A DNA stretch of 62,562 nucleotides, filler included, from Globobulimina sp. (lineage: Eukaryota), in NCBI GenBank assembly GCA_003354225.1. It is 34 parts of 34 records of this genome, joined end to end, with 100 filler letters (N's around TTAATTAATTAA, not from the genome) between each part and the next. Parts side by side here need not be neighbours in the genome. Positions count along the whole stretch, not along the records: positions 1 to 1,744 come from PIVH01012441.1; positions 1,845 to 3,588 come from PIVH01012442.1; positions 3,689 to 5,432 come from PIVH01012443.1; positions 5,533 to 7,276 come from PIVH01012444.1; positions 7,377 to 9,120 come from PIVH01012445.1; positions 9,221 to 10,964 come from PIVH01012446.1; positions 11,065 to 12,808 come from PIVH01012447.1; 27 more parts are not named here. One strand, 5' to 3'. Under the pieces are notes generated by a model. The model saw only the letters and a list, made by a program, of their open reading frames with translations, was not told the DNA's origin and ran no database searches. Below, piece by piece: positions 1 through 11,889 of this stretch (positions are counted from its first letter, which is position 1; the number at the start of each line of letters is the position of its first letter). Position numbers and translations under genes: made by a program.

Positions 1-550
1 CGAGTATTTGTCCAATACATATATTCGTTGGTTCGAACATCAGATGGCGTGCCGGTACAATCTACGGTGCCGTATTGAGTCACTGTAACACCGGCACATC
101 CGCCAGGTTTACAGGTTCCTTTTATTGCAATTGGATTGCTGCCCAATGCATTTCCTGCGCATGAACTCGCATTATAAAAATTCTGCGATCCTGTTTTACC
201 GCTACAATTAAACGATTCAGCAAATGCATTTCCTGTCGCACTCTTGCTCACCGTACATTTGCCTTTGTTTTTTTATAAATGTATGTATACTTTAGAATAG
301 TATGGAGAGGTCATCACCATCTCCCAACAAAACGACTTGCGAATTTGCGTATAAATACACATTCTAAAGTATATATTGCGTATAACATACCAGCAGGAAT
401 TGGCTCCTGAAAAGTGATAACAATTCCACTATTTTCTGTCATAGTGGATCCAGGTGGAATTTCGTTACATGATGGCACTGCATATACTCTCCATGGCGGG
501 AGTGCTTTCTCACTGCTCACAATAGAAACTAAAAATAATAACCAAAACAT
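1..550 (-). CDS. Putative secreted Cys-containing protein, partial, exon structure uncertain
   Basis: Signal-like N-terminus MFWLLFLVSIVSS at 550. An open Cys/Gly-rich segment at about 1-265 (GKCTVSKSATGNAFAESFNCSGKTG...) may be a later exon. Confidence 0.35.
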
Positions 551-792
551 TCTTGACAGGTTTGTTTTAATTCTTTGCTTGCTACTACTTGTAGTGATCG
601 GGTGTTTATGGTTTTTGGTGTGGTAAGTTAATGTTTTTTCTTAGTAAAGTTTTCAACCCAACGATAGGTTGTTGTGTTTAATTCTCTCTTCTCATCATTC
701 TCTTTAATACTTTAATAGGAAAATATACCAAAAATCTAACTTTGGTAGTCATCCAGATTTTTAATGAAAAAACAGTCAAAATAACAAAGACG

Positions 793-1744
793 ATGGCAGC
801 GTCTTTTTTTCTATTTTGCAGCGTTGTGATACATGTAATATTTGTCTCAAAGTCACACTCCTGTACTAGCTATGACGACGAAACTGGTACATGCTACATT
901 GATCGAAACGAAAAATGGCATTTGTCCCAGTTAAAAATATTTTATTTCTTGCTTTAATTCCGTTAAATCATTACATATTTACTAATCCAGTGGTAACATC
1001 TCATGCGATCCAAACTATCCTATTTGTATAATAACATGCGTTGATTCACCATATTCCTGTGGCTCAAAAGAGGATAACATCGCACCATTTATAATATTTG
1101 CCAACAATACCCAATGTACAATCAATTGTGATGCAAATGAAGCATGTTATGGTAGCATCATACATTTAACCTCTTGTTCTTTTGTAAATATTAACATTAA
1201 CGGAATGGATCAAAGTTCGATGACAATTTATGCGCCAGATAACGGTGGTAATTTATACATCGATTTATTGAATGAAGAGACGTCATTTACCAACAACATC
1301 ATATTAAGTTCGCCATCGAGCTCCTCCATAATCATAAACTGTCAGCTCGCAGCCAGCTGCAATAAAAATATCATCAATGCAACGTTATTGACCTCCACGT
1401 TACAATATAAGTGTGATAATTACTGCGACAGCACAGATATATATTGTCCAAGCAATACATCCGCTGATTGTATGATACGATGCAAGGACAGTTGCAATAA
1501 TATGATAATTCATACACAGAATCGCGATCTAAACCGATTGCAATTTGTTTGCGATGAGAAACAATGTCAACATACGCTCATTCAATGTATAATCAATAAT
1601 ACATTGTTTGAGTCGCCATATAAATCACCGCCCTGTTCAGGAATGCTTTGTTTTTATCTTAATTTGTATCTATTTTATAATATCCAATTGCATACAGACT
1701 CCGTTTCAGCAATGTTTTTAAATCACGCTTTAAATGTATATTTA
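793..1744 (+). CDS. Secreted Cys-rich repeat protein, partial, intron about 930-990
   Basis: Signal peptide MAASFFLFCSVVIHVIFVS, followed by repeated C-x-I-x-C...C motifs continuing into ORF 1205-1744. Confidence 0.6.
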
Positions 1745-1844
1745 NNNNNNNNNNNNNNNNNNNNNNNNNNNNNNNNNNNNNNNNNNNNTTAATTAATTAA
1801 NNNNNNNNNNNNNNNNNNNNNNNNNNNNNNNNNNNNNNNNNNNN
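1745..1844. other. Artificial contig linker (44 N + TTAATTAATTAA + 44 N); first of 33 identical linkers separating 34 length-sorted contigs
   Basis: The same 100-nt cassette with stops in all six frames recurs every 1842-1844 bp. Contig lengths are 7x1744, 20x1743 and 7x1742, which with 33x100 nt sum to 62562. Confidence 0.99.
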
Positions 1845-3380
1845 CGCAAAATTCTCCTATGTCTGCTACAATCATCCATGGATTCACATTGTTTATATTC
1901 CACATTCATTAATATCTGTTTTAATTGATCCACAAATTTTGTTTTCTTAATATGTCCATTATCTCTGTTGTCAGATAACTCATTGTATTCAGCAGACAAA
2001 TATAAAAAGGCAGATAACCAATATTCAGAATGAACCGACATTGAAAATATTTGTTGTCGGAATAAATGAACAGCAAAAAATATCGATCGAGTTATGGATG
2101 ACAACGCAACATTACATTCATTATAATTGTCAATATCATCAAAACTTTGCCAGTTTTTATCCAAAGGTCGGGTAAACACTTTGGTTATTCGTAAATACGC
2201 AAATGAAACTAACTGCTCTTTTTCCTCGGGATAGTCAGACAACAGCGACACATCAAAAGCTCTGCACATAGCCAAGCGCGGATATTGTGTGGTTACCTCC
2301 AACACCATACCCTTTGCAGTGGCAAATGTGCGTGCAACGTGATAGGACGATGAGGTAGATAATGGACCACAAAATCCTATCATTTGTCTATGATTATTCA
2401 AAATCATTTTGCTATTCACACCGTGATATAATGGAGTGTTTCTATCTAATTTTTTGCTGTATTTACTTAACACTGTCAATAGTTTAATTCTCCACCAATA
2501 GAATGACCGCAACCTATGTTCTAATAGCAACTGAAGGCCGTGTTCATTGGAAGTAAAAGCTAATTCATTGCCAGCAGCAGTTTCAGAGTCATTTAAAGTG
2601 AATATATCCGACACAGTTTCAAATCTGAAGCATTTTTTTAATTCATACTGCAGTTTATCCCAATCAGTGTATAGTTTGAATGTAACTATTTCTGCCATGC
2701 CAATTGTTTCGCCCGCTCTCCATTTGCACATTTCTTGACTGATGGTATCGTCATATTTTCCCGCATATGTCGTCTGAAAGTAAATAGTGTGGACATTAAG
2801 TATGAAGATAGCGTTGTTGTGCTGTATAAATACCTTAATTCGTAGTCTTGCAAATGAATTAAAAAACACATTTGCTTTTCTTAATGTTTGATTCCAATTA
2901 TCTTTGGAGAGCGAATAGTATTCATTTTGGAGCACTTCTTCTTTAATATTTTTATATTTTGCTCGCAAATGCATCAAACAGTGATGTTGTTTGCTATTAA
3001 AACCATGCGCCGATTGCCAACGAAAAATATTCATCTTTTGCACTAAATGAGAATATATGGATTCATTGCTTTGACCAACGTCATAACCCCACCATTGCTC
3101 ATCTTTTTTTTTACCAACATAATGAACAAATGGCATGGGAGGAATATCATTAATATGGGTCAAATATGAATACATTTTATCGCATTGTTGCTGTAATAAA
3201 TTATCTTCAAAATTTGTAAAGTTAGAATGAGTCAAACGTCTGTGGCCAGTATTAATGCATTTCAATTCTTCTCTGAATTTTGTAGCTAAGTGCTTTGCGT
3301 CATTTTTATTGCGATCCATGTGGTCTTTAATATGGATGAAATCATTTGTTATCTGCGTTAAGCTGTAAATGTTTTTGAAT
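1845..3380 (-). CDS. Protein with NAD:arginine ADP-ribosyltransferase-like domain, partial
   Basis: Ordered motifs LYHG, GPLSTSSSYHVARTF, GMVLEV and SDYPEEKEQLV match the R/H-STS-ExE layout of ARTC/VIP2-like ARTs. Confidence 0.65.
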
Positions 3381-3458
3381 GTTAATATTTCCGAAAGACC
3401 GGAAAATAAACAAATAGTCAATAAAATGAGCAAGATGATTCAGGAAATCAGACAATAA
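3378..3458 (+). CDS. C-terminal end of a bacterial sulfatase-like gene (fragment)
   Basis: Reads NVNISERPENKQIVNKMSKMIQEIRQ*, resembling sulfatase C-terminal tails. Its TAA overlaps the next ATG (TAATG at 3456-3460). Confidence 0.55.
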   Translation, partial: NVNISERPENKQIVNKMSKMIQEIRQ

Positions 3459-3588
3459 TGCAGCCCTTTACACTTTTAATAAAACCGTCCGGTTCAGACT
3501 GCAATATTGATTGTCAATATTGTTTTTACAAGCACCGAGCGCCCGAAGTCGGCCAGGGCAGACAGCGTATGAGCGATGAAGTCCTCGA
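3458..3588 (+). CDS. Bacterial anaerobic sulfatase-maturating radical SAM enzyme (anSME/AslB family), N-terminal fragment
   Basis: MQPFTLLIKPSGSDCNIDCQYCFY contains the KP...CxxxCxYC motif, followed by RMSDEVL. Confidence 0.85.
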
Positions 3589-3824
3589 NNNNNNNNNNNN
3601 NNNNNNNNNNNNNNNNNNNNNNNNNNNNNNNNTTAATTAATTAANNNNNNNNNNNNNNNNNNNNNNNNNNNNNNNNNNNNNNNNNNNNTGTTATTATCTT
3701 TTTTTTGTTTTGGATAATGACCAAAGTATCAATTTTCTTTTATGTTTTCTCTATTTTTGTGTGAATTTTTATGTGTACTTTTACCGTTTTTGTTATTTCT
3801 TAAAGTTGATAGTCTTTAATCTTT

Positions 3825-5432
3825 ATGAATCGCTCATGCTCATGCTCCCGGATCTTACATCGTCGATACACCAGAAAATTATTACAATCACACCCTAATC
3901 TATCAATTGCAACACACAGAAGATGCCTAGCAACAGAACAAAATGCATTGAACAACGCATCAGAATATACCCAAATCGAATGGTATAATAAATGCGTTGA
4001 TGACAGTGTTTCATTTTGGAGGGACGCCGCAAAAGGGATTGAATGGCATAAATTCCCTGAAACAATATTTAAACCACATGATGAGAAACAGCAATTAAAT
4101 TATTCGTGGTTCAGCGACGGCGAATTAAATATCACCATATCAATGTTAGACAGACACATTGCAAACGGAAATGGCAATGCAACCGCCATCATTTACGATT
4201 CCCCGCTAACCAAACAATCACAATACTTGACTTACAATGAACTGTTGGAATTAGTCGAAAATTGCAGTGCATATTTGGCGAACTGTGGAGTTGGAAAAGG
4301 TGATGTTGTCATGGTATATATGCCAATGATTCCGGAAGCATTAATTGCAATGTATGGCATTGCGCGAATTGGTGCTATTCATGCAGTTGTTTTTGGTGGT
4401 TTTGCCGGACCCGAATTAGCAAAAAGAATTATTGACTGCCAGCCCAAAGTAATAATTTCAGCATCGGGCGGCAAGGAAAGTGAACACAAAATTGTAGAAT
4501 ACAAACCAATGTTGGATGAAGCCATCGAATTAACTCCGGATACTATGAAACCAGCACACATTTTACTTAAACAAAGGAGTGAGGTTTGTTTTGCTAAACA
4601 GACATACCATTTTGAGCAAGATTGGGACGCTGAAGTGGTGCATTGCAAATATGACAGAAAGAAAGACGGCAAAGCAGTCATTATGAAGGCGACTGACCCT
4701 TTATACATTTTGTATACTTCCGGGACCACCGGGACGCCAAAAGGCATTATTCGGGAATGTGGGGGCTACGCAGTGGCGTTGCAGTGGACAATGAAGCATT
4801 TTTATGCTGGGAATGCCGGCGATGTGGTGATGTTTGGAAGCGACATTGGATGGGTTGTGGGCCACAGCTATATCGCATACGGACAGCTATTGAGCGGTGC
4901 GACCACTGTTTTGTTCGAGGGGAAACCCGTTGGAATGCCACAAGACGGAGCAGGTACTTATTGGCGGCTGATCGAGGAACATAATATAAAATCATTGTTC
5001 AGCGCACCCACCGCAATCCGGGCAATCCGTAAAGAAGATCCCTACGGTGAATTGATGAAAAAATATGACATTTCATGCTTGCAAAATTTATTCTTAGCCG
5101 GCGAGCGCTGTGACCCCAACACAATGGAATGGATACAAGGTTTATTGAGCGGCAATGACAGTGTTGTTACGGATCATTGGTGGCAGACTGAGACCGGATA
5201 TCCTATCACCGGCACAATGTTAGGCGATGCTATTCGAAAGAGACTCGAACCGACATTGGGCAGCGGCGGGATGCCAATCCCTGGCATGATATTAAAATGT
5301 GTGCCGCCATTAACAGCTTCTTCCGACGATGACAAACAAATGAAATCCATGCCATTAAGGTTAGTCACTCAACAACTTTGTGTGCAAATAACTGCGAAAA
5401 ACGAATTGTTTGCATGCAAACGTTGTTGATAT
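3825..5432 (+). CDS. ACSS3: Propionate--CoA ligase (PrpE/ACSS3 family), probably mitochondrial, 3'-partial
   Basis: Motifs YILYTSGTTGTPKG, SDIGWVVGHSY, LFLAGERCDP and DHWWQTETG. Arg/Ser-rich N-terminal presequence. Likely intron starting at 5360. Confidence 0.9.
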
Positions 5433-5548
5433 NNNNNNNNNNNNNNNNNNNNNNNNNNNNNNNNNNNNNNNNNNNNTTAATTAATTAANNNNNNNNNNNN
5501 NNNNNNNNNNNNNNNNNNNNNNNNNNNNNNNNATGTTAATCACTTTCT

Positions 5549-5710
5549 CCAACATGTTGGCATTTTGATCAGACTGTTCAATTTGGTGCAGCATGCTGGT
5601 AAGCAACATGTTAAACATGTTGTTCAACATGCAGGCATAATGCTGGCATATATTAGATTTGGTGCAGCCAGCTCTTAGACAACATGTTGAACATGTTACT
5701 CAAATGTTCA
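5549..5710. repeat. Degenerate duplicated unit rich in AACATGTT palindromes
   Basis: Five AACATGTT copies (including CCAACATGTTGG). ATTTGGTGCAGC occurs at 5581 and 5657. Confidence 0.55.
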
Positions 5711-5920
5711 ACCCACAATTTTAAAACCCCTGAGAAAGTGTCCACACTCTTGACGATAAAATATAATTGTTTATGGTAATATATAGTATACCATGATCCT
5801 TGGCGATATTCTTGTACAGCAATACCATCAGAAACATTACTTAGCGATTGCATATATTTTGACATGATAATGTGTGAAAAATGATAATTTACTTTTAAAT
5901 CGTGGTCATTACAGCGAACC

Positions 5921-7276
5921 ATGGCGTACTTGCAGTGTTTAATTGTGCTCTATTCACTGTCCATCCACGCCCAATCCCAAATAGTCCACCCCATCACCGG
6001 ATTTACCACCGGATCACCAAACATGTACTCCTCGGAAGCCACATTGTTCACAGGCTACCAGTCCTCACAAAATCGAATCTGGGTTGTTGGCTCAGATGAT
6101 GAAATCTGGCATTACGACTTGGATACAAACAGCTGGACAGATGTTGCCACATTGAACGGAGGGACATTGGACACAGTTAATTCTCAGTGCAGCATACAAT
6201 ATGGAGAAACAATTCTGTACATTGAATATCCAAATATAGAACAATTCGTATTCAACACAGGTCAAAAAGGCAGCACACTCTCTGTATTACAAGATCGAAG
6301 GGAGGCGCCCTGTGCTGCTCTGTATGGCGATTATTTATTGCTGACAGGCGGCAAAATCACAGCAGCAGACTCATCGACGCAAGCAGGCGAAACCAGCTCA
6401 GTATTTCAGATATATAACGTAGCCACGGATGTGTGGTCAGCACTTGGTCCCAACGTTGGCGCTGAGACAAATAGCAGAGGCACACACGCCTGTGCTGTAT
6501 TAGGTGATTATTTGCATGTTTTTGGTGGAACAACCTGTGTGCCTTCATGCAGTCTGCGAGCCACAAACTGGAGAATATATATCGGAGATCTAGCGAATAT
6601 CAATGCTTACAGTTGGAGCTTTGTGCCCTATCAATCTGGCTCTAACACCTATTTCCATCGTGCTGTGGTGGATAATGTCAATAATTTGATCTATTTGGTT
6701 GGCGGTCGAGATTCTTGTTGTTTAGGCGGTGCTGCTTCGACTCGAATTCAAGTGTACGACCCCAGCACAAATAGCATGGATTTTGTAAGCACCGCGAATG
6801 ATTTGAAGAGTGGCAGATCATCGCCGGGAGTAATATTAGTGAATCAAGTCATGTATGTATTTGGCGGCAGTGACGACAATGGAAATGCTATAAATACGTG
6901 GGAGAGATCTAATGCATTGACATTCGCGCCCACTAAAGCACCAACATCCGCGGTACGTATGTTATATACACACAAAATGTTAGAAAATGTTGTTAATGTT
7001 TTTCATTTATATATAGACCACAACGGATCCAACTCGTGCTCCTACAACAAAGCCATCCAAATCGCCAGTTCCTGCGCCCACTGCGGCACCAACAAATATA
7101 CCAACACCTTCCCCAACAACCATTCCTTCCATATCACCAACCCCAGCACCTACGAATCAGCCAACTATAAATCCCACTAAATTCCCCAGCAAATTCCCCA
7201 GCAAAACCCCAACGATCCCTCCCACCAATTATCCAACGTCTGAGCCAAGCAGTGATCCATCAAACGCACCAATCAT
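5921..7276 (+). CDS. Secreted/surface Kelch-repeat beta-propeller protein with PT-repeat stalk, partial
   Basis: Signal peptide; GG-type Kelch motifs (LLLTGG, HVFGG, YLVGG, YVFGG). Intron 6953-7016 splices into TTTDPTRAPTTKPS repeats. Confidence 0.8.
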
Positions 7277-7376
7277 NNNNNNNNNNNNNNNNNNNNNNNN
7301 NNNNNNNNNNNNNNNNNNNNTTAATTAATTAANNNNNNNNNNNNNNNNNNNNNNNNNNNNNNNNNNNNNNNNNNNN

Positions 7377-9066
7377 CGATTCTTTGTTTCGGAACTTTTA
7401 TCATTTCCTTCCAATGCGAAACCCATCCGATTGTTCTGGCCACAGCAAACAACACAGTATACATTGACACCGGAATTCCTATTGCTTTTAAAACGATCCC
7501 TGAATAAAAATCAACATTTGGAAATAATTTGCGTTTAATAAAATACTCATCACTCAATGCCACTCGTTCCAGTTCCATTGCTAAATCCAACAAAGGTTCA
7601 TTATCAATATGCAATTCCTGCAACAACTCATGACAGATTTCCCTCATAACCTGAGCTCGCGGATCATAATTTTTATAAACCCGATGTCCGAAACCCATCA
7701 ATCTACAGAGTGTTACATAAAATTTATCATAAAATATAATCAACACAGATATACCTAAATGGATCGTTTTTATCTTTTGCTTTTGCAATATATGTATCAA
7801 TATTGTCCACATCGCCAATGGCTTCCAACATATCCAACACTGCTTCGTTGGCACCGCCATGAGCAGGACCCCATAATGCCGTTATTCCAGAAGCAATACA
7901 AGCAAATGGATTGGCATGCGATGAACCCGCAATCCGAACGGTCGAAGTTGACGCATTCTGCTCGTGATCGGCGTGTAACATTAAAAATTTGTCCAATGCT
8001 TTTGCTTTAATCGCAGACATTTTATATTCTTCCGCAGGAATCGCAAACATCATAAAAAGGAAATTTTCAGCAAATGATAAACTATTCTGTGGATACTGCG
8101 TTTTCTGACCAATGGATGTTTTGTAAGCCATAGCAGCTAAAGTGGGCATTTTGGCGATTAATCGGTAGACACATAACCATCGATGTTCTGCTATTTTAAT
8201 GTCCATCGTGTCGTGGTAGAAAGATGACAATGCGCCAACCACTGCGCACATAATGGCCATCGGATGTGCGTTGTATCGGAATCCTTTGTAAAACTGAACA
8301 TATTTAATTATCGGAATTGTATCGGATAAGATTAGTATATACAAATGCATACAGTACTGAACTTCAATCATTTTCTCGTGAACCATTGTATGTGATTTTA
8401 TTTGTTCGACATGGTATTTTAAATCTGCTTTTGTTGGTAATTCGCCGTAAAGCAATAAGAATGATAGCTCTTCAATGTCGCTGTTATTGCAAATATCTTC
8501 AATTTTGTAACCGCGATGCAATAATATGCCTTTGGGGCCATCTATAAATGTGATGGATGAGTGACAAGAGGCTGTAGACACAAATCCTGGATCATACGCT
8601 GAGAGGTTTGTAAATTGTAATGTTTTACACTAGAAATGTTATAATTGAATCTGACAGACTGTACTGTACATACTTGAAACACCAGATTTTGATAATAATG
8701 GACGAATATCAATACACCGATGGCCGACTGATGGTTTTAATAATGGCAATCGGAATACTCGGCGAGAATTGTTATTTACTGCATCCATTTCTTTTCCTTC
8801 AGTTGCATCGTCGGCTTCATTCGGTATGATCAAAATGCATTCATCTGATGCTACATTAACATTTACATAATCATTCTGGAGCTTTATTTGGACATAAATT
8901 CATTAATGTGTTTTTACGAAAAAATATATACAGAGCAAACCTCGGAAAATGATATCGTCGTTCCAATATCAAGACGATCACCTGATATAATTCGCGTTCT
9001 ATAATCTGCGTTCCAATCTTTCGATATCTTACGCTTCAGTGTTACTGGTGATTCACACGAAGACAT
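7377..9066 (-). CDS. gltA: Citrate synthase, bacterial type II (GltA-like), four introns, 3'-partial
   Basis: [71 protein letters not shown] introns at 8882-8940, 8599-8673, 8294-8362 and 7703-7754. Confidence 0.93.
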
Positions 9067-9221
9067 TATGCTAGTTTTATCAGAGTGACGGGGAGAACTT
9101 TATGATCGACTTGCTTTATGNNNNNNNNNNNNNNNNNNNNNNNNNNNNNNNNNNNNNNNNNNNNTTAATTAATTAANNNNNNNNNNNNNNNNNNNNNNNN
9201 NNNNNNNNNNNNNNNNNNNNC

Positions 9222-9962
9222 GTTCCACCTTCAACCGGGCCACAGGGCGAAGTTGGATGTTGGGTCGGCAACTATGCGTCGCATGGCTCGTTTGGTGTTA
9301 TTAGTTTTGCTGACTTTTTGACCGATTATCCGGAAGGAATGGCATATTATGCAGAGGATCCAAGTGAGAATCCAACGCATGTTCATTATTGCTTTAGTGG
9401 CGTAAACGTAATGTATAGCACAACGCCATTGGACTTTTATTTAGGTAGTACAACGCATGACGCCTGGGATTATTTCGCCAATACCATGGATTTATTGATG
9501 AAGAGCGATTTGTGCGAGCCGGATTACTCAGATTGTCCGCAATGTGTCAGTGACTGTGAAGGTATGGCGACTGGCAATTATCCGTCGTGCGATGCTGACG
9601 GCAATAATGAGTGCGACAGTGCGGTTTATGCGACTTGTGCCAGTGGCTATTTATATGATAATCGACCATGTCCAGCTACGACAGTGTGGAATCAATTTAT
9701 GGGATTATGTGTGTCTCATTCATCGTGTCCCTGCAGCGGCGGCGATAATACGCCAGTTCGGTGTGGTTTATGTGTGGATAGTTGTACCAATGTGGATGAC
9801 GGCGATTATGCTTCGTGCAGTGCAGATTGTGGAGTTTATGCAAGTTGTTCAGGTGGTGTCTTATATGATAATCGGCCATGTCCCGGTGGTCTTGTATGGA
9901 ATGATGCATATAAAATTTGTACAGAAAGCACATTATGTCCAGAAAGTGCATGTTTTGTTTGA
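9222..9962 (+). CDS. Protein with two C-terminal chitin-binding peritrophin-A (CBM14-like) domains, 5'-partial
   Basis: Two repeats of the form C...G-x-Y-x-SC...VYAxC-x2-G-x-LYDNRPCP-x3-VWN...C. Confidence 0.75.
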   Translation, partial: VPPSTGPQGEVGCWVGNYASHGSFGVISFADFLTDYPEGMAYYAEDPSENPTHVHYCFSGVNVMYSTTPLDFYLGSTTHDAWDYFANTMDLLMKSDLCEPDYSDCPQCVSDCEGMATGNYPSCDADGNNECDSAVYATCASGYLYDNRPCPATTVWNQFMGLCVSHSSCPCSGGDNTPVRCGLCVDSCTNVDDGDYASCSADCGVYASCSGGVLYDNRPCPGGLVWNDAYKICTESTLCPESACFV

Positions 9963-10117
9963 AATTCTTTTAAATTCTTTTCCTTTTCTTTAATATATTT
10001 ATATATAATTTTATAATTTTATCTTTATCTCTTAATTTTAGAAATGTTTAAAATAAATAAAATTTAAATTACAAGCTTTCTGCTTTGTTTCTTGTCACAA
10101 CTGACTTTGCAAACTTT

Positions 10118-10230
10118 CTGTGAACACGTTTTTGGACTTTATCTGGATGTTCTATTCTGGATATGTGTGAACACGTTTTTGTGAACACGTTTTTGGACTT
10201 TATTCTGGATATGTATGATCTGGATATGAC
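10118..10230. repeat. Short degenerate direct repeats
   Basis: TGTGAACACGTTTTTG x3 and TCTGGAT(A/G)T x4. Confidence 0.6.
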
Positions 10231-10423
10231 AGTTGAATATCATGCGAGTTTTTGAATGCGCGCTTCAAAACACTAAGAAAACAAGATTGATATATTTATG
10301 TCTGATAATAATTGTGAAAACCAAACAAAGTTGTGATTCAATTGAAATTTATGGTGTCTTAGTCTCAGTTTACCACAAATTAAACAGAGTGACTGGTGAG
10401 ATTTAGAGATTACTAAATATGAA

Positions 10424-10964
10424 TTATTTGCCATCGACAGAATCATTTTTGGAAGAATTTTGTTGCTTTGCTTTTGCAATCGTAGCGTGATCATTTGGAT
10501 TTGCAGCAGCTTCATATATTGCATGTACTGCCCTTCTTGATTTTGGTCCTTTATAATCACCTTTTAATCCAATATAATTCAGTCTTATCTCTGTATCATT
10601 CTCCTCTTCGTCGTAATCATCTTTTGTAAATAACATTTTTAGCACAGTTAAATCATTAAATTTATGTTGTCTGGTTTTCCAATGCAACGCACATTCATTG
10701 TCAAAGGCCAATTCAATCGATTGACTGCATTTATATTCTGTATGATTATCAAAATCAATTTTATCCGCTTTGTCATTCCATAATCGCAATGTTGTCGGAG
10801 CACTATCTTCATCATTCACTGTATAGAATATAATATTTATTAATTATAATTTGTGCAAGGATATAAGTGAAGTGATAACTTGTAAGCTGCACAGATCGCA
10901 ATTGTACTTCAGCGGTGAAATAGACAGTAAATAATAATTCTCCATCGATATCCGATTCAACAAA
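10424..10964 (-). CDS. PITHD1: PITH domain-containing protein 1, 5'-partial, one intron at about 10819-10878
   Basis: ESDIDGELLFTVYFT, SAPTTLRLW, IDFD, RLNYIGLKG and AIYEAAANPNDH. Confidence 0.85.
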
Positions 10965-11068
10965 NNNNNNNNNNNNNNNNNNNNNNNNNNNNNNNNNNNN
11001 NNNNNNNNTTAATTAATTAANNNNNNNNNNNNNNNNNNNNNNNNNNNNNNNNNNNNNNNNNNNNGAAA

Positions 11069-11512
11069 TTGAAAAAGGATAAATTCAATAAAGAAAAGGA
11101 GACCAAAGAAGTAAGAATTAATGAAACAAAAGATAGTTTTTATGACAGTCATGCCTGTCAGTTTATGGATTTAATGAATAGCGAACAGAAAACAAAGGAT
11201 GAGTCACAAAATGGGAATGTTTTGAATGAAAGGAAAGGAGAGAAAATAAGCAAAAAATTGCAGAGTTATTCGTCGTCGTTTGTGCCGGAAAAAATGAGAA
11301 AAAATGTGCGGAAAAAATGCAAGAAATTTGATCAAATAAAACGGAACATTTGGTATTATTTGGTGTGGTTTAATCAGTTTATTACAAAGGAAAAATCGAA
11401 TCTGTTTTCAGACGAATTGAAGGTTATCATACAACACACGCACGCAAAAATTGAAAAAATGGATGAAAAAATTAAAACTGAAATGTTTGAAGTAAGCGGT
11501 CCGTTTTTTTGA
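11069..11512 (+). CDS. Hypothetical Lys/Glu-rich protein, 5'-partial
   Basis: 147-codon open frame only; no recognisable motif. Confidence 0.3.
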   Translation: MKKDKFNKEKETKEVRINETKDSFYDSHACQFMDLMNSEQKTKDESQNGNVLNERKGEKISKKLQSYSSSFVPEKMRKNVRKKCKKFDQIKRNIWYYLVWFNQFITKEKSNLFSDELKVIIQHTHAKIEKMDEKIKTEMFEVSGPFF

Positions 11513-11889
11513 TTAAATATGATTGACATAAATTTAGGAGTAAAATCTACAACATAGTCTTGTTTCTTTTCAACCAATAAATAATTCGAGTCCCAGGATC
11601 CGGAATGAAAATTTTTTTTCTAGAAAACTTACTTAAAGAATCAATTAAAGATTCTCATGCATATTTCAAAGACACACATGCATATTTCAAAGACACACAA
11701 ATACAGTGGAATATAAATTCACACACGCAAAGGAGCAGAGACCGAATAGTCGCACAAACAAAGTGGATTATCTATTCTTACAAGGGTTGAAAATAAAATG
11801 GGGTGTCTTGTAGCTGTTGGGCTGACGAGACAGAGTAATAAAGTTTTCACTTCACTTCAGTTCTGAACTCTCATTGGACAATGCTTTCT

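Noticed and set aside
1789-1800. Regularly spaced TTAATTAATTAA as a biological repeat
   Set aside because: It is a synthetic six-frame stop linker embedded in N runs.
3381-3433. Signal peptide making the ART-like protein a secreted toxin
   Set aside because: This stretch is the antisense of the bacterial sulfatase-like fragment beyond a probable chimeric junction.
5603-5700. p53-type response elements (RRRCATGYYY)
   Set aside because: The match is only partial and nothing suggests a p53-family protein in this organism.
3825-9066. prpE plus citrate synthase as a methylcitrate-cycle cluster
   Set aside because: The genes are on different contigs, placed near each other only by length sorting.
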